This document shows, piece by piece, positions 47,815-57,835 of a stretch of DNA of 64,000 nucleotides. The position numbers and the translations under genes are program-made. Position 1 is the first letter of the stretch. Each line of letters opens with the position of its first letter. Under the pieces are notes generated by a model. It had not been told where the DNA came from. It saw only the letters and a program-made list of their open reading frames with translations, and ran no database searches. Location of the stretch: positions 1 through 64,000 of the forward strand of contig CAZBBK010000021.1 of the NCBI GenBank assembly GCA_964490075.1, in the 5' to 3' direction. Source of the DNA: an uncultured Gemmatimonadota bacterium. GTDB taxonomy: Bacteria > GCA-2686955.

Positions 47815-49271
47815 CCGGATTCGCACGGGCGCGTTTTCTGCTGCCGCTCTCGGACCGGCTCGGCCGCGACGCCCGCATCGAGGATGGCTTCGTGGCCTTC
47901 ACGGGCGACGCGATCCTCGAGCTGGGCCGCTACGACGACGCCACCGGTCGCAGGTTGCTGGCCGAGCATGGCGAGCTGCAGGTGCTAGGTGGCGCGCCCA
48001 CCCGCGACCCGGAGGGCCTGATCCGTCTCGATGGGGTGTTGCTGCCCGGCTTCGTCAAGGCCCACGGCCACGACCATGAATCGCCGATCATCGGCATGGT
48101 GAAGGACGTCCCCCTCACCGAATGGCTGGACGGCGCGGTCAACGTCTTCACCCGCTTCCTGGATGAGCGGGGTGGCGAGCTGGAGCGCGAGCTTGGCGAC
48201 TCGCCGCACTACCTGACCTACCTGAAGGCGAAGCTCGACGACCTGAGCTACGGCATCACCTCGGCCATGACCCACCACTGCAACTTCAGCAAGTACCGGG
48301 TCGACGAGCTGGTGCGAGCCAGCGAGACGGCGGGCACGCGGATCATCGTGGCGGTCGGCAGCCAGGACCGTAACTACTACGAGAAGCTGCTCGACATTCC
48401 GCACGCGCGCGCCATCGAGCGCCTCGACGCGGCCGCCCGCCGGCATGCCGCCCTGGGGCGCGTGCGCATCGTACCGGGACCCGATCAGCTCTTCTCCAAC
48501 GGTCCGGAGCTGCTGCGCGCGCTGAAGGCCTGGGCCCGGGACAACGGCACGCTCCTGCATTGCCACAGCTCCGAAGAACCGAATACCACCGCCTGGTTCG
48601 TGAAGGAGTACGGCAAGACCCCGGTGCGCTACGCCCACGACCTGGGCATTCTCGACGACCAGACCATCCTGGCCCACCAGGTCCACACCACCCCCGACGA
48701 CCTGGCGCTGCTGCGCGAGAGCGGCACCCAGGTCGTCCACAACCCGCTGGCCAACACCATCCTCGGCTCCGGAATGCCGCCGGTGGTCGAGATGCTCGAG
48801 GCCGGCATCCCGGTGGCGATCTCGACCGACGGCTCGGGCAGCGCCGACAACCAGAACATCCTGGCCGCGGCGCGTCTGGCCTCGCAGTTCCAGAAGGCCG
48901 CCCGGCGCGACGCCCGCTGCCTCCCGGCGCAGCAGGTGCTGGAGATGATCACCGTCGACGCCGCGCGCATGCTCGGCATCGATGCCGGCGCGCTGGAGCC
49001 TGGTCGCGCCGCCGACCTGGTGCTGATCGATCTCAGACGCCCCAACCTGGTGCCGACCCGGCGCAGCAACGTGGTCGAGAACCTGATCTGGGCCAGCGAC
49101 GGCAGCGAGGTGCGCTACGTGGTGGCGGGCGGTCGGGTGGTGATCGACGACTATCGCCCCACCACCATCGACGCCGCCGCGCTCGGCGAGCAGATCCTGG
49201 CGCTCTCCGAGCAGCTCGACGACTTCCGGGCCGGGATGCAGGAGATCCGGGGCACGGGCGCCCATCGATGA
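47811..49271 (+). CDS. Amidohydrolase-family purine deaminase-like protein (SsnA/MtaD-like)
   Basis: PGFVKAHGH, HCHSSE, LAHQV, STDGSGS, GALEPGRAADL. Confidence 0.88.
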   Translation: MTGFARARFLLPLSDRLGRDARIEDGFVAFTGDAILELGRYDDATGRRLLAEHGELQVLGGAPTRDPEGLIRLDGVLLPGFVKAHGHDHESPIIGMVKDVPLTEWLDGAVNVFTRFLDERGGELERELGDSPHYLTYLKAKLDDLSYGITSAMTHHCNFSKYRVDELVRASETAGTRIIVAVGSQDRNYYEKLLDIPHARAIERLDAAARRHAALGRVRIVPGPDQLFSNGPELLRALKAWARDNGTLLHCHSSEEPNTTAWFVKEYGKTPVRYAHDLGILDDQTILAHQVHTTPDDLALLRESGTQVVHNPLANTILGSGMPPVVEMLEAGIPVAISTDGSGSADNQNILAAARLASQFQKAARRDARCLPAQQVLEMITVDAARMLGIDAGALEPGRAADLVLIDLRRPNLVPTRRSNVVENLIWASDGSEVRYVVAGGRVVIDDYRPTTIDAAALGEQILALSEQLDDFRAGMQEIRGTGAHR

Positions 49272-50359
49272 GCCGGCGCCGCAAGCTGCTCTTTGCCTGC
49301 CTGCTCTGGGGCCTGGTGGCGGCCGCCGGCGAGGTCGCCCTGCGCCAGGTGGTGTTCGCCTGGGAGCCGGACTACACGATCCGACTCGATTTCTTCAACT
49401 CCTACAACCCGGCCCAGCTCTACCAGCAAGACCCCGACCTGCTCTACCGGCACCGCAAGCGGCCCCTGGAGTTCACCTGGCAGGAGAAGCCGCGGGTGCG
49501 GATCAACAGCGAGGGGTTCCGCGGACCGGAGCGGACGCGCGGTCGATCCACCGAGGTCTATCGGGTGCTGTGCATCGGCAACTCGGTGACCTTCGGACTC
49601 TACGTGGAGGAGCACGAGACCTTCGCGGCGATCCTCCGGCAAGCCCTGGAGCATGCCCGTCCCGGGCGCCGGATCGAGGTCATCAACGCTGGCGTGGCCG
49701 GCTACACCTCGTTCCAGGGCCGGCGCTACCTGGAGCGGGAGCTGAGCGATCTCGATTCCGATCTGATCGTCGTCGAGTTCGGAATCAACGACGCCTCCGA
49801 CGGCGGCTTTCTCAAGGCTCCCGACTCCGAGGTGCGCTTCGTCGGCGGCAGGCGAATGCTGGCGCTGCGCGACCAACTGCGCCACTCGCGCCTCTTTTTC
49901 GTGGCCGAGACGCTGCTCACGCGGCTGCGCGTCGACATCTTGACGCGCCTGACCGAGGAGCAAGGTGAGGTGCATCGGGTCTCCATCGAGGAGTATGCGG
50001 AGAATCTGCGCGCCATCGCCGACCTGGCGCGCGCGCACGGCGCCGAGCCGATCTTCCTCAACCTCCCCTACCTGCGGGACTGGAACCATCCGGCCCGCGA
50101 GACCTGGTGGAGCACGGAATATGCGCGCATGATGGACGAGGCCGCCTGGTCACGCGCCGTGCCGGTGGTGCGCGGAGAGAGCCTCTTTCCCCTGGCCCGG
50201 ATCGGCGAGATCTACGACGTCGACAACATGCACCCCAACGCCCTCGGCCACCGGCGCATCGCCGACGAGCTGCTGCGCCTGGCGTTGCGCCTTGCTGACA
50301 AAGCCAAACCCATGTGGGAGACTGAGTCCGAGCCCGCCGACGCCGCGCGCGGCCGCTGA
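49268..50359 (+). CDS. SGNH/GDSL hydrolase with N-terminal membrane anchor
   Basis: GNSVTFG, NAGVAGY, FGIND, DNMHPN. Confidence 0.88.
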   Translation: MSRRRKLLFACLLWGLVAAAGEVALRQVVFAWEPDYTIRLDFFNSYNPAQLYQQDPDLLYRHRKRPLEFTWQEKPRVRINSEGFRGPERTRGRSTEVYRVLCIGNSVTFGLYVEEHETFAAILRQALEHARPGRRIEVINAGVAGYTSFQGRRYLERELSDLDSDLIVVEFGINDASDGGFLKAPDSEVRFVGGRRMLALRDQLRHSRLFFVAETLLTRLRVDILTRLTEEQGEVHRVSIEEYAENLRAIADLARAHGAEPIFLNLPYLRDWNHPARETWWSTEYARMMDEAAWSRAVPVVRGESLFPLARIGEIYDVDNMHPNALGHRRIADELLRLALRLADKAKPMWETESEPADAARGR

Positions 50360-50420
50360 ACGAGCCGCAGCGGGCCCGACTCCGCGCCCCCCCGGCGCCA
50401 GACACCAAAAGGAGCGAGAG

Positions 50421-50957
50421 ATGCGCAAACTTCAGTGGGCACTTCTGATCGGAGTCGCCGCCGGTGCCTTCGGCTGCGCCGGCAAGGGCGGTGGGGCGGG
50501 CTCGATTCCGGCCTGGTATCTCGATCCCGAAACCGATCCGGCCTACATCGTCGGTGCCGGCGCGGGGGAGTCGCGCGACCTGAACCTGGCGATGAGCGAG
50601 GCCACCATGGAGGCGCGCAAGAAGATCGCCCAGGAGATGGAGATCGAGGTCCAGAACCTGTTCAAGAAGTTCGCCGAAGAGACCGGCAGCTCCGACGATG
50701 CGGTGCTGCTCAAGCAGATCGGCGATGTGAGCAAGACAGTGACCGATCAGACCCTGCGCGGCTCCAAAGTGGTCAAGCAAGAGGTCGAGGAGATCCACAG
50801 CGAGCTCGGCACGCGCTACCGCGCCTTCGTGCTCGCCGAGATTCCCGCGAGCGCGGTGAGCGCCTCCGCGGTCCAGGAGATCAGGACCGAGGAGGAGATG
50901 TACACCCGCTTCCGGGCCAGCCAGGCCTTTCAGGAGCTGGAGGCGGCGTTGGAATAG
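50421..50957 (+). CDS. LPP20-family lipoprotein
   Basis: Lipobox AFGC; IPAWY...GAGES...A...AR..IA; AAGGAG RBS. Confidence 0.75.
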   Translation: MRKLQWALLIGVAAGAFGCAGKGGGAGSIPAWYLDPETDPAYIVGAGAGESRDLNLAMSEATMEARKKIAQEMEIEVQNLFKKFAEETGSSDDAVLLKQIGDVSKTVTDQTLRGSKVVKQEVEEIHSELGTRYRAFVLAEIPASAVSASAVQEIRTEEEMYTRFRASQAFQELEAALE

Positions 50958-50986
50958 GAGCCGCGCGAGCCGGGGACCGGCCCGGA

Positions 50987-51586
50987 CTAGAGCGCCCGGC
51001 CCCAGCGACTGACGAAGACGAATTCGGTCTGCGCTCTTCGCATCCGCGGCGCCAGTTCCTTATCCCGCAGGTCTGCGGGCAGATCTTGCAGATCTCCTGG
51101 AGGGCCGATGGCGATCGCGGTCACCGGCTCGAACGCCCGCGGGATCGCGTAGAGTTCCGATGCGCGCTCCACCGAGAAGCCGGCCATCTGGTGGACCGAG
51201 AGACCACGCGCCTCGGCCTCGAGCGTCAACTGCGCGGTCGCCAGCCCGACATCGTGGAAGGCGTGGCGATTCCGCTTCCGGTTGCTGGCGAAGAGCAGGC
51301 TGGCCACCGAGATCATCAGTACCGAAGCGGCCCCCGCCCAGCGCTGATTGGCCGGAGCGAGACAGGAGAGCATCCGCTCGAACTCCGCGCGATCGGTTCG
51401 GCGCGCGACGATGAATCGCCAGGGCTGCTCATTGAAGCACGAGGGCGCCCAGCGCGCGGCTTCCAGCAGCGCGCGCAAGGTGGATTCCTTCACTGGCCTC
51501 CCGGAGAAGGTCCGCCCGCTCCGGCGCTCACGGATCAGCTCGTGGATCTGGAGATCGGCTTCGGCGGGCTTGTCTGGCATCGACAT
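50987..51586 (-). CDS. Nitroreductase-family protein
   Basis: RRSGRTF, AARWAPSCFNEQPWRF, HQMAGF. Confidence 0.92.
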   Translation of the reverse strand: MSMPDKPAEADLQIHELIRERRSGRTFSGRPVKESTLRALLEAARWAPSCFNEQPWRFIVARRTDRAEFERMLSCLAPANQRWAGAASVLMISVASLLFASNRKRNRHAFHDVGLATAQLTLEAEARGLSVHQMAGFSVERASELYAIPRAFEPVTAIAIGPPGDLQDLPADLRDKELAPRMRRAQTEFVFVSRWGRAL

Positions 51587-52294
51587 TTAACCGAGATCGA
51601 AGAGCAGTATTTCGGCACCGGCGCCGTCCTCAGGGACGCGCACCTGAACGCGGGCCTCGGCGCTGAGCGCTGCCCCGTCGCCCTGCTTCAGGTGGCTACG
51701 ATTCACCTCGACCGCACCGCGAACCACCTGGATCCAGGCGTGCCGATCCGGTCCGAGGTCGTGTACGACTCGCTGGCCGGCGCCGAGCACGCCGGCGAAA
51801 AGCGCCGCGTCCTGGTGCAAGGTCAGAGAACCCTCGCGTCCATCCGCGCAGGCGATCAGACAAAGCTGCCCGCGGCGTTGCTCGACCGCGATCGACTTCT
51901 GCTCGTACGAGGGCGCCAGGCTCCGGCGATTCGGCTGGATCCAAATCTGCAGGAAGTGCACGGACTGAGACGTCGAAGGGTTCAACTCCGAGTGGGTGAC
52001 GCCGGTTCCGGCGCTCATTCGCTGCAGCTCTCCGCGGCGGATGACCGAGCCCTCGCCCAGGCTGTCTCGGTGCTCGAGGGCGCCCTCGATCACGTAGGTG
52101 ATGATCTCCATGTCGCGGTGGCCGTGGGTCCCGAACCCGGCATCGGGAGCGACCTGGTCCTCGTTGAGGACTCGCAAGGTCCGAAACCCGACATGCGCGG
52201 GATCGTAAAAGTCGGCGAAGGAGAAGGTGTGGCGGGTCTGCAGCCAGCCGTGGTCTCGGTAGCCACGATCGGCGGAAGGTCGGATGGCGATCAT
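51587..52294 (-). CDS. Pirin-family protein (YhhW-like)
   Basis: HTFSFA, GFGTHGHRDMEI, MSAGTGVTHSE, LQIW. Confidence 0.95.
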   Translation of the reverse strand: MIAIRPSADRGYRDHGWLQTRHTFSFADFYDPAHVGFRTLRVLNEDQVAPDAGFGTHGHRDMEIITYVIEGALEHRDSLGEGSVIRRGELQRMSAGTGVTHSELNPSTSQSVHFLQIWIQPNRRSLAPSYEQKSIAVEQRRGQLCLIACADGREGSLTLHQDAALFAGVLGAGQRVVHDLGPDRHAWIQVVRGAVEVNRSHLKQGDGAALSAEARVQVRVPEDGAGAEILLFDLG

Positions 52295-52369
52295 CGGGTG
52301 CTCCCGGCAGGAGAGATCGGTTCCGTCCCATCGTGGGACTCGGTTCTCGCGCTGTCCAGGAGCGGGCCG

Positions 52370-53398
52370 CTACCGCGCCAACAATCCCTCCAGATGCGCC
52401 TCGAGCGCCTCGGCCAGGGCCGTCGTCATCCGCATCCGCGCCTTGCGCTCGGCGCGACGCTCGGCCTCGGCGCGGGTCAGGTGGCCTTCGCGACCGTTGG
52501 CGTGGGCGTTGACCAGCTCCGCCCCGGTGGCGAGCGCCACCAGTCCCAGCTCGCTGCGCCAGCCGACGAACTCGCCGCGGCGCTCCAGCGGCTCCAGCGC
52601 CAGACCACCACGCAGCTCGTAGTCGCCCCCCTCTGCCACCACGCCGAAGCCGAAGCGTTCGAGCACCGATCGGATGGCGGCCTCGAAGGCGGGGTGCGGG
52701 GGCTCGTCGAGGGCAATGCGGGCGGCGATACGCCCCCGCAGCTCGGCCCGGGCGGCCCCCAGGCGCGCCGCGCCGATCGCCGGCTGCGCCGCGCTCTGGC
52801 CCATCGTCACCACCAGCAGCTGGCGCGCCACCATCTCCCGCTCCGCGGCCAATGAGAGGGTTCGGTTCAGAAAGGCCAGACGGGCCAGCGGATCGTCCAT
52901 GCGCTGGAACCCGTCGAAGAACTCGGCGACCTCGGAATCGAGGCGGCGCAGCCCCTCCCGGTAGAGCGCCGCGCTGCGCGCCCGGTCGAGGGTGGCCAGG
53001 GCGTGGTGGCGACCGGTCTCGGGATCGAACCAGGTGTGGGCGATGCCGACGTTGCTCAGCGTCTGCCCGGTGGAGACCTGCAGCCGCTCCTTCAGGTGGG
53101 TCGAGCGAACCAGCGCACCTTCGTCACCCGCGTCGCTCTCCCAGTACTGACGCACGATCTGATCCACCGCGCTGACCTCGGATTCGAAGACCATTGCGAT
53201 GCGCGACACCGCCTTGCCCTTGGCCCCTTCCTCGGTGTCCGCCGAGCCGACCTCGGCGATGTAGAGCTCCGAGGGGTACATCCGTCCGGGGTCCTCGATC
53301 CAGATCGGCCTGGCCTCGCCTTCGAGGCTCCAGGCGACTCCCGCGGCCAAGCAGAGGAGCAGCGCGATCAGCGGGCGTGGGGTCGGTATTCTCATCAT
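52370..53398 (-). CDS. Exported LPP20-like domain protein
   Basis: Signal peptide; PIWI...YP...YIAEVGS...A...AVSRIA..F. Confidence 0.6.
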   Translation of the reverse strand: MMRIPTPRPLIALLLCLAAGVAWSLEGEARPIWIEDPGRMYPSELYIAEVGSADTEEGAKGKAVSRIAMVFESEVSAVDQIVRQYWESDAGDEGALVRSTHLKERLQVSTGQTLSNVGIAHTWFDPETGRHHALATLDRARSAALYREGLRRLDSEVAEFFDGFQRMDDPLARLAFLNRTLSLAAEREMVARQLLVVTMGQSAAQPAIGAARLGAARAELRGRIAARIALDEPPHPAFEAAIRSVLERFGFGVVAEGGDYELRGGLALEPLERRGEFVGWRSELGLVALATGAELVNAHANGREGHLTRAEAERRAERKARMRMTTALAEALEAHLEGLLAR

Positions 53399-53404
53399 TT
53401 CATC

Positions 53405-54862
53405 TCAGTTCAGGTAGACCGCTTCGACCAGGTTGAGGTCGCCCGCGCGCACCTGGTAGCCGGAGATCTCCCGGCGATAGAGGACGCGACCGTCGGCGGC
53501 CAGGAAGTCGATGCGCAGGTCGTAGACTCCCGGGTCGAGCTCGAAGTCCCCGACCAGGATCTTGCCGGGCAGCAGCCGCGAGCAGCGCAGATCGGCGCTC
53601 TCGGACACCTCGGTGGCTACGTCGACGGCGACCTTCGTCAGCCAGGTGCCGAGGCGGCCGCCGAGGCCGCCCCCCGATCGCTCTCCCTCGCGCGAGCTCT
53701 TGCGCTTGCGCTGCTTGGCGTCCGCCTTGCTCTTCAACCGCTCTCCCAGCAGCCCCTTGAAGACCGCCCGGCCGACCGCCCGCAGGTAGATCAGGGACTT
53801 CCTGGCTTCGAAGGTCTCGAGGGCCACGCTGCCCACATCCTCGATCAGCCGCAGCTCTCCGATCGGTCCCCGTTCCGAGCCGACCCGAACCCGGCGCACC
53901 GCCGAGGGCCGCGTCACGATCTGGGGGATCGAGAGCTTGAAGTAGAAGTCGACGTCGACCGGCAGGAAGACGTGGCCGTACTCCTCGCCCCGTCGCTTGC
54001 CCTCGGTGTAGAGGACCTGCACCAGGTTCAGGTCCTTGTCGGTGCGGATGCGCAGATTCAGCGCCTCCTTCACCGGCGCCAGACCGCTGAGCGCCACCAC
54101 GCTGAGGAGCGAGCCGCCGCTGGCGTCGTAGCGCACCGGCGGAGGATCCCAGTGGTAGATGCGGGGCTGGTCGCGGTAGGCATCGCGCAGCTTGCGCAGA
54201 TCGATCGCGGCATCGTCGGGCAGCCGATCGGCGGCGTAGAGGTGCATGCTCAGGTAGCGGGCGAAGGCATCGTTGTTGAAGCGTACTTCGGACGCACGGT
54301 AGTCGATGCCGACACCCGCGGTGTCGCTTACCGCCCCCCGGCGCAGCAGCTCGCCGGCGTCGGCGTACTTCTGCTCGAGCAGAGCCAGCTTTTCATTGGC
54401 CCGGCGGATCTCCACGAAGGCCTCGTCGAACTGATCGAGTGCCAGGTAGTTCAGTGCCATGATCAGATTGGTGTAGAGCACCTCGTAGTCTTCGCCGGCG
54501 TACTCCAAAACATTGTCGTTCAGGAGCAGTGACGCGGCGGCGCGCGACACGCTCTTGGTGAACAGATCTTCGGCCGCGCCCTCGGCCAGCGACAGCTTTT
54601 CGTTGCTGGAGCGGTGGTTGCCCGCGTAGTGGTGCGCCAGTCCGCAGTCCAGGTAGTAGAGCAGGCGCTCCTTGTCGGTGTACTGGCTCTGCTCCACGGC
54701 GGCGTCGATCTTTTCGATCGCGCCCACGTAGTCCTGGGAGCGCAGGTCGGCGCTGATCGGAGCGTAGAAATCCTTGCGCGTCGAAACAGATGCGCAGGAA
54801 CAAAGCAGACAGAGCACGATCGGCGCCGCCGTCCACTGGGTGCGGAAGACGGTCGCTACCAC
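53405..54862 (-). CDS. COG3014-family TPR-like lipoprotein
   Basis: Lipobox LCSC; LLYYLDCG, NDNVLEYAGEDYE, ADLRCSRLLP. Confidence 0.78.
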   Translation of the reverse strand: MVATVFRTQWTAAPIVLCLLCSCASVSTRKDFYAPISADLRSQDYVGAIEKIDAAVEQSQYTDKERLLYYLDCGLAHHYAGNHRSSNEKLSLAEGAAEDLFTKSVSRAAASLLLNDNVLEYAGEDYEVLYTNLIMALNYLALDQFDEAFVEIRRANEKLALLEQKYADAGELLRRGAVSDTAGVGIDYRASEVRFNNDAFARYLSMHLYAADRLPDDAAIDLRKLRDAYRDQPRIYHWDPPPVRYDASGGSLLSVVALSGLAPVKEALNLRIRTDKDLNLVQVLYTEGKRRGEEYGHVFLPVDVDFYFKLSIPQIVTRPSAVRRVRVGSERGPIGELRLIEDVGSVALETFEARKSLIYLRAVGRAVFKGLLGERLKSKADAKQRKRKSSREGERSGGGLGGRLGTWLTKVAVDVATEVSESADLRCSRLLPGKILVGDFELDPGVYDLRIDFLAADGRVLYRREISGYQVRAGDLNLVEAVYLN

Positions 54863-55452
54863 TTCTTGCCTTTCTGAGTGATGTACTTCTTGATCTTCTT
54901 GGTGCCGATCCAGGCCTTCTCGTTCGACTCGACGTGGATCAGCTCCAGGTCGGTCTGGTAGTAGACCGCCTTCTCCCCTTCCAGGCGATCGACCAGGGTG
55001 GCGATCGAACCGGTGAGCACGAAGTCGGAGCCGGTCTCCTGGGCCAGGCTCTTGGCGGTCTCGTCGGAGGCGTATTGCTGCTGCTCCATGCGCTCCCCAC
55101 GGATCTCGTCGCGCTGCATCTGGCTGGCGACGAACTTGACCAGACCGGAGTTGATCAACTCGCGCTCCATGTCCTTGGTGAAGGTGGTCACGTCGATGTG
55201 CTCGCTGGAGCGATTGCGAATGCGGCCCACGGTGAGCACCGGCTTGTGATGCTCGCCGGCCACGAACTCGCTGAGCCAGGGCCGGGACAGGCAGTCGGCG
55301 ATCATCTCCTCGGAGACCAGCCGCGAGTCGGTGTCGTTCCAGCGACCGCTCAGATCGGTGACCGCTTCGACATCGATGCGGGTGACTTTGCGGCTCGGCC
55401 CACAGCCGACGGCGAGCAGCGCAAAGAGGGCGAAAAGGAGAGCTCTGTTCAT
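54856..55452 (-). CDS. LpoB-family lipoprotein (penicillin-binding protein activator-like)
   Basis: Lipobox AVGC; DLSGRWNDTD, IRNRSSEHID, WIGTKKIKK. Confidence 0.82.
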   Translation of the reverse strand: MNRALLFALFALLAVGCGPSRKVTRIDVEAVTDLSGRWNDTDSRLVSEEMIADCLSRPWLSEFVAGEHHKPVLTVGRIRNRSSEHIDVTTFTKDMERELINSGLVKFVASQMQRDEIRGERMEQQQYASDETAKSLAQETGSDFVLTGSIATLVDRLEGEKAVYYQTDLELIHVESNEKAWIGTKKIKKYITQKGKKW

Positions 55453-55556
55453 GTTTCCTCCGGATGGATCATTCGGCCAGTGCTAGAAGGCGCCGCGCAG
55501 CGCCTGCTCGGGAATCTCGCTCGCGACACCCGCTTTCGACAAGTCGCGAGGGCGCG

Positions 55557-56450
55557 TCAAGCCCTCTTGTCCCCGTCCCACGCGAAGTAACCTTGGCCGG
55601 TCTTGCGCCCCAGCTTGCCTTCCGCCACCAAGCGCCGCAAGCTGGCCGGGATCTCGAAGGCCGGGTCGTCGGGGTAGCGCTGGCACCAGCCTTCCAGGAT
55701 CGAGAGCGTGGTATCGAGCCCGACGTAGTCGGTGAGCGTGATCGGCCCCATCGGATGGCCGCAGCCGAGGCGCATCGCGGTGTCGATATCGTCGGCCGTG
55801 GCGTCGCCGCGATCGAGCAGCTGGATCGCCTGCGACATGTAGGGCACCAGCAGGCGATTGACCACGAATCCCGGGGTGTCGCCGCAGCAGACCGGGGTCT
55901 TGCCGCAGGCCGTGCCGAAGTTCGTGGCGGCTTCGTACACCTCCGAGTCAGTAGCGGCGCTGCGCACCACCTCCACCAGCTTCATCAGCTGCACCGGATT
56001 GAAGAAGTGCAGCCCGACCATGCGTGTGGGGCGCCCCGATGCCTCGCCCATCTCGCCGATCGAGAACGAAGAGGTGTTCGAGGCGAAGATCGCCTCGGGC
56101 TTGCAGATCCCGGCCAGCTCCGCCAGCAACACCTTTTTGGCCTCGAGCTGCTCGACGATCGCCTCGATCACCAGGTCGCAGTCGGCCAGCGCGCTCTTGT
56201 CGAGCGAGGGCGTGATGCGCGCACGCGCCGCCTCGACCGAGGCGCGGGCCTCGTCCTCGCTCGCCTTGCCCTTGGCGACCGCCTTCTGCGCCAGCTTGGC
56301 GAGGCTCTTTTCGATCCGCGCGACGCCCTTGTCGAGCAGTTCCTGTCCGCTCTCGACCACCACCACCTGGAAGCCGTTTTGCGCCGCCACCTGGACGATG
56401 CCGTGGCCCATCAGACCACATCCGACCACACCGACTCTTTCGATCTTCAT
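55557..56450 (-). CDS. 3-hydroxyacyl-CoA dehydrogenase
   Basis: GCGLMGHGI, IEAIVE, ASNTSS, GLHFFNP, GFVVNR, GHPMGP. Confidence 0.95.
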   Translation of the reverse strand: MKIERVGVVGCGLMGHGIVQVAAQNGFQVVVVESGQELLDKGVARIEKSLAKLAQKAVAKGKASEDEARASVEAARARITPSLDKSALADCDLVIEAIVEQLEAKKVLLAELAGICKPEAIFASNTSSFSIGEMGEASGRPTRMVGLHFFNPVQLMKLVEVVRSAATDSEVYEAATNFGTACGKTPVCCGDTPGFVVNRLLVPYMSQAIQLLDRGDATADDIDTAMRLGCGHPMGPITLTDYVGLDTTLSILEGWCQRYPDDPAFEIPASLRRLVAEGKLGRKTGQGYFAWDGDKRA

Positions 56451-56608
56451 TGAATCCTCGATTTGTTCGTCTCTCTTGGGCCCGCCGCGCTCCGATTCCG
56501 CGAGCCTCTCGCTGGCGGTCCTCGGGGTTTTGCGTCGATCGAGCGCAGCGATCATACTCTCCTCGGCAGCCGCCTCGACAGTCCCCCCCTCTGAATCGGA
56601 ACCTCCTC

Positions 56609-57835
56609 GTGCCGCAATCCCCCGGCCCCCTCGAAGGCCTGCGCGTGCTCGACCTGAGTCGCATCCTGGCCGGTCCGAGCTGCACCCAGATGCTCGGCGA
56701 TCTCGGCGCCGAGATCATCAAGGTGGAGCGTCCCGGCGCCGGCGACGACACGCGTCGCTGGGGACCGCCCTTCCTCGCCGATCGCCACGGCCGGCCCAGC
56801 CCCGAGAGCGCTTACTTCCTGAGCGCCAACCGCAACAAGCGCTCGGTCACCATCGACCTGGCCCAGGCCGAGGGGCAGAGGCTGGCGCGCCGCCTCTTGG
56901 AGCGCTGCGACATCCTGGTGGAGAACTTCAAGGTCGGGGGATTGGCGTGCTGGGGCCTCGGCTACGACGATCTGAAGGAGCGGCGACCGGATCTGATCTA
57001 CTGCTCGATCTCCGGCTTCGGCCAGACCGGTCCCGAAGCCGCGCGCCCTGGCTACGACCTGATGGCCCAGGCCCGCGGTGGGGTGATGAGCATCACCGGC
57101 CAGCCCGATGGACCGCCGACCAAGGTCGGCGTCGCGGTCGCCGACATCGTCTGCGGCCTTTACGCGGCGTGCGCGATTCTGGCGGCGCTGCGGCACCGCG
57201 AGCGCAGCGGCGCCGGCCAGCACATCGATCTGGGCCTGCTCGACACCCAGGTGGCCTGGCTGGCCAACCAGGGCCTCGGCTACCTGCTCACGGGCGAGGT
57301 GCCGCGGCGCGCCGGCAACACCCACCCCCACATCGTGCCCTACGAAGTCTTCGCCACCACCGACGGGGAGCTGGTGCTGGCGGCCGGCAACGACGAGCAA
57401 TTCCGGCGCTTCTGCGCGGTCGCGGGCAAGCCCGCCCTGGCACTCGACCCGCGCTACGCGACCAACGCGGGGCGCGTGGAGCATCGCGACACCCTGGTGC
57501 CGGAGCTGCAGGCGCTGATCGCCACCCGATCGAGCGCCGAATGGCTGCGGATGCTCGATGCGGCGGGCGTCCCTTGCGGACCCGTGCAAAATATCGCACA
57601 GGTTTTCGAAGATCCGCAGGTGCAACACCGGGGCATGCGCGTCGACCTGCCCGATCCGCACCACCCGGACCGCGAAATCCCCCAGATCGCCAATCCGATC
57701 CGCCTCTCGGAGACCCCGGTACGCTATCGTTCGCGGCCGCCCAAGTTGGGCGAGCATACGGGCGAGACGCTCACCGAGCTGGCCGGGCTCTCCCCCGCGG
57801 AGATCGCCGAGCTCAGGGGTCGCGGGGTGATCTGA
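56609..57835 (+). CDS. CaiB/BaiF family III CoA-transferase
   Basis: LEGLRVLDLSRILAGP, NRNKRS, SISGFGQTGP, PPKLGEHT. Confidence 0.95.
   Translation: MPQSPGPLEGLRVLDLSRILAGPSCTQMLGDLGAEIIKVERPGAGDDTRRWGPPFLADRHGRPSPESAYFLSANRNKRSVTIDLAQAEGQRLARRLLERCDILVENFKVGGLACWGLGYDDLKERRPDLIYCSISGFGQTGPEAARPGYDLMAQARGGVMSITGQPDGPPTKVGVAVADIVCGLYAACAILAALRHRERSGAGQHIDLGLLDTQVAWLANQGLGYLLTGEVPRRAGNTHPHIVPYEVFATTDGELVLAAGNDEQFRRFCAVAGKPALALDPRYATNAGRVEHRDTLVPELQALIATRSSAEWLRMLDAAGVPCGPVQNIAQVFEDPQVQHRGMRVDLPDPHHPDREIPQIANPIRLSETPVRYRSRPPKLGEHTGETLTELAGLSPAEIAELRGRGVI

Noticed and set aside
44076-49271. Selenocysteine (UGA) recoding in the hydroxylase cluster
   Set aside because: The TGA codons are ordinary stops in ATGA overlaps and the proteins are full length. 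YqeB systems use a labile Se cofactor, not Sec.
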